Assembly (NCBI GenBank): GCA_963789725.1
Contig: CAWBLU010000003.1
Span: 317,473-381,472 of the forward strand
DNA: 64,000 nucleotides
Direction: 5' to 3'
From: an uncultured Chloroflexia bacterium
Lineage (GTDB): Bacteria; Chloroflexota; Limnocylindria; Limnocylindrales; CSP1-4
Shown: positions 9,394-19,036 of the stretch, piece after piece
Position numbering within the stretch: the first letter of the stretch is position 1
How the letters are laid out: each line of letters begins with the position of its first letter
Made by a program: the position numbers and the translations under genes
Notes under the pieces: generated by a model
Database searches by the model: none
Seen by the model: the letters and a program-made list of their open reading frames with translations, nothing else
Told to the model about the DNA's origin: nothing

Positions 9394-10713
9394 TTGCCAG
9401 TAATCAGAGCCTTTCGCGCGCTCAGGTACGACCCCCAGCAGGTCGGAGACCTGAACAGTGTCGTTTGCCCACCGTACGACGTGATCGGGCCCGACCTGCA
9501 GCAGGCGCTTCTGGCAAGGCATCCCGCCAACGCCGTTCGAATCGACCTGCCGGAGGTCCAAGCCGGTGACGAGCCCGACGACAAGTACCGGCGGGCCGCC
9601 CGAACGCTCTCGAATTGGCGGATGGACGGCACGCTGCGCAAGGACGGCCTGCCGAGCATCTACCCGTACGAACAGACTTATCGCGTGCCCGGTAGCGATC
9701 AGGTCCGGACTCAGCGCGGCTTCTTTGCGCGGCTTTGGCTCGAGGACCTGGTTCCCGGCTCTGGTGTCCTGCCGCACGAGCGGACACTGTCCGCCCCGAA
9801 GGAAGATCGTTACAAGCTACTTCGGGCCACCGCGGTCAACACCAGCCCGATCATCGGCCTGTTCGCCGATCCCAGCGGCCGGTCGGTCGCGGCCATGGCC
9901 GACATCGCCGCCACTCCGGCCGATGCCGATGTCACCGACGACGACGGCGTCCGCCATCGGCTCTGGTCGGTGCCGGAAGACGGACCGTACGGACGGCTGG
10001 TCACGGCGCTCATCGACGCCGCCGCGGCCCAGCCGGTCGCAATCGCCGACGGCCATCACCGCTACGAGACGGCGCTCCGATACAGAGACGAGATGCGAGC
10101 GAACAAGCTCCGCGAGAACGATCCCCCGGCCGAGTACGTGATGATGCTTTTCCTCGAGACGGCCACGCAGCAGCTGACCGTGCTGCCGACCCATCGCGTC
10201 GTCCGCCGGCTGGGTGACGAGGGCGTCCGCGACCTGCTCGATCACGCCCAGTGGCTGTTCGACGTGACGCCGGTCGCGGGTCGGTCCGAGCTCGAGGTCG
10301 CCTTCGGCTCGGCCGACGCACCCGGCGGTCAGGGCCGGATGGGGCTGTGGACTCGCAACGGCGGCGCCATCCTCAAGGCCAGGCGGGGCGACTTCACGAT
10401 CTCGCTGCGCGAGGGTGGCGCGGCCCTGCGGCGCCTCGACGTGACGCTCCTGCAGGTTGCCCTGGACCGGTTGTGCGGCATCGGGCCGGCGGAGATAGCG
10501 GCCGGCCGCCTGACCTACACGAAGTCGGTCGTCGAAGCCCTTGACTGGGTGGATGCGGCAAACGGCGGCGCCGACGCGGCATTCCTGCTCGACCCAACCC
10601 CCGCCGCCGAGATCGCGGCCGTCGCGGCCGATGGCGACGTGATGCCTCAGAAGTCGACCTACTTCTACCCCAAGGCCCTGACAGGCTTGATCATCAACCC
10701 GCACGAATGGTGA
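9394..10713 (+). CDS. DUF1015 family protein
   Basis: The N-terminus IRAFRALRYD..VVCPPYDVI is typical of DUF1015. TTG start at 9394 preceded by AAGGAG (9382-9387). The longer track ORF from 9109 overlaps the divergent regulator gene. Confidence 0.8.
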   Translation: MPVIRAFRALRYDPQQVGDLNSVVCPPYDVIGPDLQQALLARHPANAVRIDLPEVQAGDEPDDKYRRAARTLSNWRMDGTLRKDGLPSIYPYEQTYRVPGSDQVRTQRGFFARLWLEDLVPGSGVLPHERTLSAPKEDRYKLLRATAVNTSPIIGLFADPSGRSVAAMADIAATPADADVTDDDGVRHRLWSVPEDGPYGRLVTALIDAAAAQPVAIADGHHRYETALRYRDEMRANKLRENDPPAEYVMMLFLETATQQLTVLPTHRVVRRLGDEGVRDLLDHAQWLFDVTPVAGRSELEVAFGSADAPGGQGRMGLWTRNGGAILKARRGDFTISLREGGAALRRLDVTLLQVALDRLCGIGPAEIAAGRLTYTKSVVEALDWVDAANGGADAAFLLDPTPAAEIAAVAADGDVMPQKSTYFYPKALTGLIINPHEW

Positions 10714-10761
10714 GCCCGTTCCCCAGCCCGCGCCGGGATCGGACCCGAGGACAATCAAAGA

Positions 10762-11643
10762 ATGAGTGACAACACCCCAGACGAGCTCCACGTGGCCCGA
10801 CCTCACCCGGTCGGTGCCAACGGCCGCCCCATCCGCAAGGACGAGATCGAGATCCCGGAACGCGGCCTGTACGTGGAGTCCTGGATGCCCGAGCGGCGCT
10901 CGCGTCGCCGCCCGCTACTTTTCATCCACGGCGAGCTGACCGGCTCCTGGGTCTGGGAACGCTACCTCTCCTATTTCGCCAGCCGGGGTTGGGAAGGCCA
11001 CGCCCTCAACCTGCGCAATCACTTCTGGTCCGAGACCACGGACATCGCATCGGTCACCTTCGATGACTACGTCGACGACGTGGTCGCGGTGATGGACAAG
11101 CTCGGCTACAACACCGTCGCGATAGGACACGGGATGGGCGGGCTGCTGGCCCTCAAGGCGGCCGAGCGACATTCCGTCAGCGCGATCGTCCTTCTCGACA
11201 GCGAGCTTCCTCGAGACCTGAGGCCTTCAGTTCGACGGCACGAACTGCGCGACATCCCGGACGTGTACGGCCGCGATCTGATCGGCTGGGAAACGCTGCC
11301 CGAGAAGCTCCAGCGCGAGAACCGCGACCTGACCATCGCCGACATAGTCAGGCTCCAGCATCTCTTCGGGCAGAAGCCGCACGACTCGGGCCTGGCCAGG
11401 CGGGACATCCTGGAAGGAGTCCCGATCGATCGGTCGCGCCTGGCCGGCACCCCCATCCTCGTGGTCGGGACGGGTCTGGACGGCAGCTCGTCCGCGACCG
11501 GTGCGGAGCGGCTGGCCGACTGGCTGGGCGGCATCTACGAGCCGTTTGGGGCCCATTCCCACTACGGGCTCGTCATCGGCGAGTCCAGCTACCAGCAGGT
11601 CGCCGACGGTGTGAGGGCTTTCCTGGAGTCGCACCGCATGTAG
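10762..11643 (+). CDS. alpha/beta hydrolase
   Basis: Nucleophile elbow GHGMGG. LLFIHGE oxyanion-region motif. Confidence 0.8.
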   Translation: MSDNTPDELHVARPHPVGANGRPIRKDEIEIPERGLYVESWMPERRSRRRPLLFIHGELTGSWVWERYLSYFASRGWEGHALNLRNHFWSETTDIASVTFDDYVDDVVAVMDKLGYNTVAIGHGMGGLLALKAAERHSVSAIVLLDSELPRDLRPSVRRHELRDIPDVYGRDLIGWETLPEKLQRENRDLTIADIVRLQHLFGQKPHDSGLARRDILEGVPIDRSRLAGTPILVVGTGLDGSSSATGAERLADWLGGIYEPFGAHSHYGLVIGESSYQQVADGVRAFLESHRM

Positions 11644-11812
11644 CCCCGACGCCACAATGCGGCGTCTGGAGCGCGCGTCGATCGTGGCGCCGATCCCCAC
11701 GCGTTGGGGGGAGCCGGGCCGAATATCGGCGGTGGGCCCGAGCGATCCGGGTTGGCGCACACCTCCGGCTCCTGCTATCATCCCGGCCGGCCCGCCCCGA
11801 GCGGAAGTCGAT

Positions 11813-11886
<74 letters not shown>

Positions 11887-12111
11887 CCACATCGCCGATA
11901 CCTAACGCCCCCGGACCGCGCCCCGGGAGCGTTCTTCGTGAGACCGGACCGAGCCGCCGCTCCCTCGCCGGGCGGGTGTGGTGCCGGCACCTTTGCCGCC
12001 GGCTCGTGCCGGCCGGAACGAGGCCCGGCCCCTGCTAGCATGACGCCGTCGCGGAGGCGATCCTGAGGGGCGCACGCGAGACGGGGCGGCTTTGAGTCGC
12101 GGGAGAAGGAC

Positions 12112-13764
12112 ATGGCCGACGAGCAGGGGCAATCGGGTCAGGCAGCCGGCACGGGCGGCTCGGAAAGTCCGGCTGCGGCGGTCTGTCCGCGCTGCTACGC
12201 CCCGCTGGAGCCGTCGGCCGCCCAGTGCGGCAGGTGTGGGTACGACCGTCGAGCCGTGACGGCTCCGCCGCCGGGGCCATCCAGGAGTTCGACGGTGCTG
12301 GTGTCCGCCGCGTTCGTGGCGATAGCCGTCGTTGTGGCCGCGAGCGTCCTGGTGTATGCGGCCGCGCAGTCCGGGGGCAACCCGGCCCATCGGCCCACAT
12401 CTTCGCCGAGCGCGTCCGCGACGCCTCCGACCTACATTGTCGAACCCACCGGAATCCCGGTGGCCGATCGAACGACCGTCCGCTGGTTCGTCGGGCTGGG
12501 CTCGGGCACGCTCATGTCCCAGGTCGAAGCCCAGAAGGCGTTCGTCGCCAACTACAACGCCAACAACAAGGACGGCATCGCGATCCAGCTGGAAGTAGTC
12601 GAGAACGCCGCCGCCTACGACGTCCTCAAGACGGAGATTGCAGCCGGCAATTCGCCCGACATCATCGGGCCCGTCGGCGTGAAGGGCAGGAACGGTTTCG
12701 AGGGTAAATTCCTGGATCTGACCCCCGAGATCCTGAGAAACAGGGTCGATCTCTCCGGCTACGACCCTGCCCTGATCACTTACCTGCAGGAGTCCGGTGC
12801 CCAGATCGGCCTCCCGTACGACATCTTTCCCGGCTACGTCTGGTACAACAAGGACCTGTTCGCCGCCGCCGGCCTGCCGGACCTGCCGACTCGAATCGGC
12901 GAGCAATACCAGGGCCAGGACTGGACCTGGGATACCCTGGCCAAGGTTGCCGCCCGGCTGACTGTCGACAAGAACGGCTTCAAGTCGACCGACGCGGGCT
13001 TCGACAAGAACGGCATCATCGAGTACGGGCTGGACTTCCAATGGGCCGAAGCCAGGCGGATCGCGTCCTGTTTCGGCGGCGGATCGTTCGTCGCGGCCGA
13101 CGGCAAGACGGCCCAGATTCCCCAGCCCTGGCAAGATGGGTTGAGCTGGTACTACAACGCCATCTGGAACGGCCACTACATTCCCAACGGCGCGGCCGAA
13201 GCCAGCTCCCTGCTCGGCACCGGCTACCCGATGACCTCGGGCAGGCTGGCCATGAACGTCGGTTGGGCGTGGAGCTTGACGTCGATCGCCTCGTCGGCCG
13301 GCACGTCCAAGGTCAAGAACTGGGACATCGCCGTGTTGCCCTCGTGGAAGGGCACGACCACGTCGCCCCTCGACGCCGATACCTTCACCATCTCGAAGGC
13401 GACCAAGAATCCCGACGCGGCCTTCAAGGCGATGCTCGCGATCATGGCCGATCCGAGTCTGATGAAGAACTACGGTGGGGAGCCGGCTCGGAAGGCCGAC
13501 CAGGCCGCCTTCTTCGCCAGCTTCGATGCCGCCCTGGCCCCGATCTTTCCCGGCAACCAGGTGACCTGGAGCGTTCTCGGGGAGATGGCAAAGGTGCCGG
13601 CCATTCCCAGCCACGAGGCCGACATGCCGGCCTCGGCCCAGGCCAATGCCGATATCGAGGCGTTCCTGACGAGGTTGAAGAACACCGACCATCTGGACGT
13701 GCAGGCCGAGCTGGCGAAGCTGCAGCAGGGCCTCCAGAAGGACTTCGACTCGGCCGCACCCTGA
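12112..13764 (+). CDS. ABC transporter substrate-binding protein (family 1, sugar-type) with N-terminal zinc ribbon and TM anchor
   Basis: CPRCYAPLEPSAAQCGRCGYD zinc ribbon, then TM VLVSAAFVAIAVVVAASVLVYAA, then a ~430-aa extracellular solute-binding domain. RBS GGGAGAAGGA upstream. Confidence 0.85.
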   Translation: MADEQGQSGQAAGTGGSESPAAAVCPRCYAPLEPSAAQCGRCGYDRRAVTAPPPGPSRSSTVLVSAAFVAIAVVVAASVLVYAAAQSGGNPAHRPTSSPSASATPPTYIVEPTGIPVADRTTVRWFVGLGSGTLMSQVEAQKAFVANYNANNKDGIAIQLEVVENAAAYDVLKTEIAAGNSPDIIGPVGVKGRNGFEGKFLDLTPEILRNRVDLSGYDPALITYLQESGAQIGLPYDIFPGYVWYNKDLFAAAGLPDLPTRIGEQYQGQDWTWDTLAKVAARLTVDKNGFKSTDAGFDKNGIIEYGLDFQWAEARRIASCFGGGSFVAADGKTAQIPQPWQDGLSWYYNAIWNGHYIPNGAAEASSLLGTGYPMTSGRLAMNVGWAWSLTSIASSAGTSKVKNWDIAVLPSWKGTTTSPLDADTFTISKATKNPDAAFKAMLAIMADPSLMKNYGGEPARKADQAAFFASFDAALAPIFPGNQVTWSVLGEMAKVPAIPSHEADMPASAQANADIEAFLTRLKNTDHLDVQAELAKLQQGLQKDFDSAAP

Positions 13765-13947
13765 TCACCGAGTGCGGACGGCTGCCGGATACTCGCGACA
13801 CCGGCAGCGGCCGGCTGCGGCGCCTCACCGGGGACATGGATGAGCATGCATGCGGGCTCCAAGATAGGTCGCGCCCCCTGGTAGGATGGGCCAGGCCCGC
13901 GGGATCCGAGGCTAGGGGAATTCAGCCCCGGACCGGGCGGCGTCGCG

Positions 13948-14628
13948 ATGCAGGAGATGGCCATGGCCGACGATCCTCAGCAACCCGGTCAACCACCTTC
14001 AGGAGCACCCGGCTCCTGGCCTCCGCCCCCGCCCCCGCAGCAGCCTGGTGGATACCCGCCGGCCCCCGGTTTTGCACCGCCGCCCCCTGGTTACAGCCAG
14101 CCGCCGCAGCCCGGATATCCGCCGCAGCCCGGTTATCCGCCGCAGCCCGGTTATCCGCCGCAGCCCGGTTATCCGCCGCAGCCGGGATACCCGGGAGCGT
14201 ACCCTCCTCCACCGTACGGCCAGCCGGCCGGGTATCCCGCACCCGCTTACGGCTATCCGCCACGGTATGCCGGCTTCTGGATTCGAGCCGCCGCCTACAT
14301 CCTCGACGGCTTCATCCTCTTCGCGATCATCCTCGTCTGCGCCATCACGATAGTCGGCATCCTGGCCATCCCGTTCGTGGCGATCGGATATCAGCCGTAC
14401 ATGTGGTGGAAGCGGGGAGCGACCTTCGGTCAGAGCGCCCTGGGCCTGCGCGTCGTCCGCGAGGTCGACGGCGGCCCGATCGACGGTGGCATGGCCGTGC
14501 TGCGGTTCCTCGGCATGATCGCCAGTGGCGCGATCTTCTACCTCGGATACATCTGGGTCGCGTTCGAGCCGCGCAAGCGGGGCTGGCACGACATGATCGC
14601 CGGGACCGTGGTCATCCACGTCAAGTAG
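13948..14628 (+). CDS. RDD family membrane protein with Pro/Gly/Tyr-rich N-terminal repeats
   Basis: The C-terminal half matches the RDD architecture (RAAAYILDGFI ... GWHDMIAGTVV). The start could be the ATG at 13963. Confidence 0.85.
   Translation: MQEMAMADDPQQPGQPPSGAPGSWPPPPPPQQPGGYPPAPGFAPPPPGYSQPPQPGYPPQPGYPPQPGYPPQPGYPPQPGYPGAYPPPPYGQPAGYPAPAYGYPPRYAGFWIRAAAYILDGFILFAIILVCAITIVGILAIPFVAIGYQPYMWWKRGATFGQSALGLRVVREVDGGPIDGGMAVLRFLGMIASGAIFYLGYIWVAFEPRKRGWHDMIAGTVVIHVK
14104..14192 (+). repeat. 18-bp in-frame tandem repeat x5 (PQPGYP) inside the RDD gene
   Basis: CCGCAGCCCGGWTATCCG is repeated head-to-tail. Confidence 0.85.
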
Positions 14629-14645
14629 TTGCGCGTCGCCAATCG

Positions 14646-14680
14646 AAAGGGCGGAGGCACCGGCCTCCGCCCTTTCTTAT
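14646..14680 (+). terminator. rho-independent terminator after the RDD gene
   Basis: AAAGGGCGGAGGC-accg-GCCTCCGCCCTTT 13-bp stem followed by a T-rich CTTAT tail. Confidence 0.6.
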
Positions 14681-14756
14681 GCGCGGGCAGGGCCACTCCC
14701 CAGGAGCGGCGTGACGGAAGCCGCCCCGGGGCGCTACAGGCGGTCGGGATCTGGAT

Positions 14757-15122
14757 TCAGCGAGCGGCCCCGATGAAGGCGCCGATGCGTCGCGCATCGT
14801 CCGAAACGTCGTCCCGGACTTCGGCTGCGACGGGATCGGACGACATCACCCCAACCAGGAGTCGCGGGCGTCGCGCAGTCTCCTGGTCGACGACTTCCGA
14901 GACCAGGCCGGCGAGCCGTGGCATCTCGGCGAGACCGAAGGCGACACCGTGTTCGGCAAGCTCTCCGAAGCCCCAGCCGTGATACAAACCGCGACTCGCG
15001 ACGTGGCACATCTCGTCGTACAACTCGGGCCACCCAACGCGCTTGCGTCTATGGCAGAACTTGACGAAGTCGAGGGCATTCTCTGCCGGGCTGAGATCCT
15101 CGGAACGCCTGCGCGAATCCAT
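14757..15122 (-). CDS. hypothetical protein
   Basis: 121-aa ORF with balanced composition, unlike the Arg/Pro-rich shadow ORFs around it. No family recognised. Confidence 0.5.
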   Translation of the reverse strand: MDSRRRSEDLSPAENALDFVKFCHRRKRVGWPELYDEMCHVASRGLYHGWGFGELAEHGVAFGLAEMPRLAGLVSEVVDQETARRPRLLVGVMSSDPVAAEVRDDVSDDARRIGAFIGAAR

Positions 15123-15580
15123 AGACGTACTCGCTCCTCTGTCACTCCTCTGTCACTGCCGGATCGGAATCCATGGACCTGGTGGCGGACCGCAGGCTCG
15201 GTCCAGGTCGGGATCTCGATCCCCCGCGCTTCTCTCCCCGCGGCAGGTTGGGATGCATCCTAGGCGGCAGGGAGTCCCCGGGGAAGGGTTTTCTCCACCA
15301 AGTGTTCCACGAAGTTGTCCACAGAACGGCCGTTCTAAGACCGCCTGTTCGAGCCCGCCCTTGTGACCGCGAACGGGACCGCCCGAACGACTAGAACACC
15401 GGTCTGAGGCGCCGAGAACCCTGGCTGAGCCCGGGCCACGGGGTGGAACGGTTCGCCCGCCCACTGCTCCGGTGGCGTGGCTCAGTTGTACGTGGCGCAT
15501 GGCCCCCGTTGGGCGAGTGGCGTGGAGCGTGCCGTCCGGGACCGGCCGGCGGTCAGGCGCGGCGGAGCAGCGGCCGAGAC

Positions 15581-15808
15581 TCAGGCGCGCAGCTGGCGGC
15601 GAGCCATCTCGGCTTCGATCTGGCGCTCGGCCTCGACGTAAGTGTCGATGCGGTCGCGCAGCTCGTTGGCGGTGGGAGTGTAGAGGTGAACCTGCTGCTG
15701 GAGGATGTAACTCAGGCGGCGGCTCGTCATGCGGACGTGGTCCAGGTTCTTCATCAGGACGAGCGGGTCCATGGCCGCGAGGTCGCTGGGTTCGTACATC
15801 AGCTTCAT
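15581..15808 (-). CDS. hypothetical small protein (75 aa)
   Basis: Internal ATG of a 294-aa track ORF. Only the last 75 aa (MKLMYEPSDL...EAEMARRQLRA) have protein-like composition. Confidence 0.5.
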   Translation of the reverse strand: MKLMYEPSDLAAMDPLVLMKNLDHVRMTSRRLSYILQQQVHLYTPTANELRDRIDTYVEAERQIEAEMARRQLRA

Positions 15809-15930
15809 GCACGGATTGTATTGGCCCGGCGCCAGACCGTCGCGGCCGGCGGGGGCTGCAGCGACCTCGGGCGAGGCCGAGGACGGCCACGGCCCGGCAG
15901 CGACCCGGCGCCGGGGCCGAGGCTGCCGAC

Positions 15931-17457
15931 CTAGAGGATGCGCGGCGACCGCGGCGGCCACGTCCAGTCGATCGGTAGCGTGGCGCCGTTGATCGCCCGG
16001 CGACGGCCGGCCTCGCTCGTGGCCAGGATCAGGATCCGTTCCACCTTCGTGGCCTGGCCCGCCTCGTCGCCCCACAGCTTGGTCATCTTGCGGCCGGCCG
16101 CCACATCGTCCATGGCTATTCCTGCGAGACGGTAGCCCTCCGGCGCCGCGGCCAGCTCCCAGACGGACTCGGCCAGGCCGACCCCTCCGCTCGCCGGGCG
16201 GCCGCGATCCATCTCCACGTCGCCGATGACGATGGCGACGACCGCGTCGTCGGCGAGGGCGGAACGAAGCCCGCGCAGGACCTCGCGCATGAACACGAGA
16301 TACGCGTCGCGGTGGTGAGCGTCGTCGAGGAGGTCGTCGATAGCCGCCGCGTCGTAGCCCAGGAGCCACAGACGCAGCCAGTTGTAGTAGCCGTACTTCA
16401 CGACCCGCAGGTAGGGCGGCGATGTCACGACGAGCCGCGCTCGCTCCGGCAGGCCGCGAGCGCACAACGCCTCGCGGGCACGGACGCCGGCGTCGCGCGC
16501 GTCTCCGAGAAGGGCGATGCCGCGGGCCGCGGGCACGGGCTGGCGGTACAGGCGCCGCAGCTTGTCCTCGAGCAGGGAGAAGACGTCGCGTTCGGGTGAG
16601 TGGAAGTCCGTCCGTTCGACGAAGTCACGGACGTAGCGTGGGGCCATGCTGAAGGTGTTGGGCATGATTCCGGACAGGTAGCTTCCGCTCTTGCCGTGGA
16701 GGATGCCGGTCAGCGTCGCCAGGACGAAGCGGTCCGTTCGATCGTCCGGGTCCAGGCCGGATCGGAGGAACAGCAGCGGGGCCAGCGTTCGAGGGTGGAA
16801 CGCGAAGGCGACCTCGGCCGGCACGGAGGAGTCAGGCCGGTTGAACGCCGAGCCCCCGCGTCCGTTAGAGAGGTCGGAGCCGGTCGAAGTCGATGCGGTG
16901 GAGCCACCGATCAAGCGGCTCGCTGGACCCGGCACTACCAGGTCGGGAGAGCCCGGGTTCGCCACGATCCCGTCGGCGAGGCTATTCCACTCATCGGCCG
17001 TGGCGGCCCAGGCCAGGCGCAGCGAGGCGACGCGGGTCTTGACGTCGGCCTTCGTGGGCGGATCGACCTTGGCCGCGGTCAGGATATGGGCAAAGGGGTT
17101 CAGGTCGTTGCCGGCGCCGATGCGGCCTTCCGCGCAGGCCTGCAGTGGTGTCGTGCCGCGACCGCTGAACGGGTCCAGCACGACGTCGCCGGGGCGGGTA
17201 TAGCGGGCGATGAAGGCATGCACGAGGGCTGCCGGGAAACTCGCTAGATACGAGCACATCGGATGGAAGCTGTGGCCCCAGAGCCGCTGCTGGTCCTTCC
17301 ATTCGGGCTCGATCGGCAGGTGCGGCAACTCGCTCGGGAGCTGGAGCGCCAGCTGGCCGTCTGTCGATGACGTCATGCCGCCTCGGATTCGCCTCGTCGA
17401 AAGAGGTTCCGGCGCATCGGGCGAAAAGCCGTCGAGTTCGAGCGGGAGCGAAGCCAC
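15931..17457 (-). CDS. N6-adenine/N4-cytosine DNA methyltransferase, no adjacent restriction gene
   Basis: AdoMet motif VVLDPFSGRGTT near the N-terminus. Catalytic motif TSPPY about 250 aa downstream. The start may be the internal Met (MTSSTDG). Confidence 0.85.
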   Translation of the reverse strand: MASLPLELDGFSPDAPEPLSTRRIRGGMTSSTDGQLALQLPSELPHLPIEPEWKDQQRLWGHSFHPMCSYLASFPAALVHAFIARYTRPGDVVLDPFSGRGTTPLQACAEGRIGAGNDLNPFAHILTAAKVDPPTKADVKTRVASLRLAWAATADEWNSLADGIVANPGSPDLVVPGPASRLIGGSTASTSTGSDLSNGRGGSAFNRPDSSVPAEVAFAFHPRTLAPLLFLRSGLDPDDRTDRFVLATLTGILHGKSGSYLSGIMPNTFSMAPRYVRDFVERTDFHSPERDVFSLLEDKLRRLYRQPVPAARGIALLGDARDAGVRAREALCARGLPERARLVVTSPPYLRVVKYGYYNWLRLWLLGYDAAAIDDLLDDAHHRDAYLVFMREVLRGLRSALADDAVVAIVIGDVEMDRGRPASGGVGLAESVWELAAAPEGYRLAGIAMDDVAAGRKMTKLWGDEAGQATKVERILILATSEAGRRRAINGATLPIDWTWPPRSPRIL

Positions 17458-17727
17458 AGGAACGATCTCCGAAGCGCAACCTTCTGGCGGACGGAACCGG
17501 GAGAGGCTCGGAGTCTAGCACCGCGCACGAGGCGCGACGAGGGGCCGACGGCACGATCGGTGAGGTTTTCCGCCAGCCGAGCCAGCTGCCCGACTGGCCG
17601 ACGGGACTGCCGGCGGGTGATCCAGGCCCGAGCCGTGGGACCGGCGATCCGGCGGAGACCGGCGCCGGGCTGGCCGGGCCGACCGCCTCCGGTTACGCTA
17701 CGTGCGGCGTTTGGAGCCACCTTCGGT

Positions 17728-17767
17728 GTCCCCGTAGCTCAGTGGATAGAGCGGCCGCCTTCTAAGC
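17728..17767 (+). pseudogene. 5' half of tRNA-Arg(TCT) (attL copy)
   Basis: 40 nt identical to positions 1-40 of the intact tRNA at 26985. Identity breaks at 17768, inside the anticodon stem. Confidence 0.9.
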
Positions 17768-17836
17768 CCAAATCTCCATCGGACGTGCTATCCCTCGTGA
17801 GCTTGGGACCGTGGAGCCCCTTGTTAGTTGCTCAGT

Positions 17837-18094
17837 TCACCCGTCCCGGTAGACCCTCCAATGGACCCTGCCACGGTCGGTGCCGATGGACCCCGGCCCG
17901 CCCACCCGAACCTTCGTGTTCAGGTACTCCTTTCGGAGTTCGGTCTCGAACTTGTCGGGAAACGCCGGGTCCGTGAGCGGGAAGGTCCAACTTCTGCCAA
18001 GGGCTCGTTCTACAGCCTCACGGAACGCCTTATCGCCGCCGGGATAGAGCAGCGCGATAACGTCGTTCACCCGCACTTCCTCGGGCTCGTCCAT
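17837..18094 (-). CDS. hypothetical protein (85 aa)
   Basis: Internal ATG at 18094 preceded by GAAAGGCGGGGG. The upstream part of the 143-aa track ORF is Arg/Ser-rich and overlaps the divergent gene. Confidence 0.45.
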   Translation of the reverse strand: MDEPEEVRVNDVIALLYPGGDKAFREAVERALGRSWTFPLTDPAFPDKFETELRKEYLNTKVRVGGPGSIGTDRGRVHWRVYRDG

Positions 18095-18232
18095 GATCCC
18101 CCGCCTTTCGTTGAATGGGACGCCACGCACCATGCTAGACCTTGTGCGCAGCCGCCCGTCCGTCACGCTGCGAGCAGCGTAGAGTCGGAGTGAAGCGTCC
18201 CCCGTATCGCAAATTCGTTGCAGAGGTGAGCC

Positions 18233-18607
18233 GTGATGGCTGGTCCGCCGTTTGAGATCGAGTTTCACCTTGGGGGTGGCGTCGTCGTTACTCTCGCGCT
18301 TCCAGAGGCAGCGCTCGCCAACCTTCGAGAACCGACGCTACGAGTTATGGCAGCTTCCGGCGTTCGAGGGGGATTCAGGAACGCAGTTCTCGGGATGCTC
18401 GACGCCGCAGTGACGAAGAACCTGACGGAGCCCGTGAGAGTCAGAGACGGCCAAACCTACTGGATCATCCCCACGCATGGCATCCAAGCGGTGCGATTTC
18501 GCGATCCCACAATAGCCGCCAAAGATCAGCGGATAGGCTTCCAGTATGACGACGGCCCGGCCTCGGACGAACAGGTCGAGGCTAGGCCCCCGACGCAGCC
18601 GGTCTAG
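18233..18607 (+). CDS. hypothetical protein (124 aa)
   Basis: GAGGTG lies upstream of GTGATG at 18230-18235. Protein-like composition. No family recognised. Confidence 0.5.
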   Translation: MMAGPPFEIEFHLGGGVVVTLALPEAALANLREPTLRVMAASGVRGGFRNAVLGMLDAAVTKNLTEPVRVRDGQTYWIIPTHGIQAVRFRDPTIAAKDQRIGFQYDDGPASDEQVEARPPTQPV

Positions 18608-18680
18608 CTGTCACGACGTAGCCGACCAGCGGAGCGCGAGCCAGAGCCGTCAGCGCTCGACACTGGGGGATGGCGTCCAG

Positions 18681-18899
18681 TCATCGGCCAAAGACCTGCC
18701 CGCACTGACCGACTTGGTAGGCGTCGGCTGATTGAGGGAGGGTGTTCCGGCAGATTGCCTGCAAGTACCCCTGCTCCACGATCGAATTGGAGTTCGACGT
18801 GTCGATGCCTTTCGCGATTCCGGTCAGCTGGAAGGCAACAACTGCCAGCAGCACGACCGTCAGCAGGTGTAGGGCCAGGCTCGCGTACTTCTGCTCCAC
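18681..18899 (-). CDS. small single-pass membrane protein (72 aa)
   Basis: TM segment LALHLLTVVLLAVVAFQL followed by a Cys-containing ectodomain. Visibly lower GC. Confidence 0.5.
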   Translation of the reverse strand: MEQKYASLALHLLTVVLLAVVAFQLTGIAKGIDTSNSNSIVEQGYLQAICRNTLPQSADAYQVGQCGQVFGR

Positions 18900-19036
18900 A
18901 GTTCCACCTCTCTCGTAGGTGGGACGCCCGGCCCCACTGTAGCTAGCCCCGGTCGCTGCCGCTCGACTGGCCGCACGTCTGCGGGATCGTCGGCGGGGTG
19001 GCGTTGCCGGGGCCAGAGGAGCCCAGTGGCGACGGC

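Noticed and set aside
11902-13692. 596-aa minus-strand ORF
   Set aside because: It is antisense to the well-supported SBP gene. Its Arg/Gly/Pro-rich composition is typical of shadow ORFs in high-GC DNA. The same reasoning applies to 8353-9777(-), 9817-10806(-), 27019-28569(-), 30453-32027(-), 35509-37041(+), 36135-37178(-), 39906-41750(+), 41874-44597(+), 44675-45886(-), 56324-57628(-) and 59096-60616(+), among others.
15123-15580. ~450-bp gap with a direct repeat CTCTGTCACT x2 (15136-15157) and a GAACGGCCGTTC palindrome (15323-15334)
   Set aside because: It is probably an ordinary promoter/operator region for the 14757-15122 gene. I could not support any structure or ORF.
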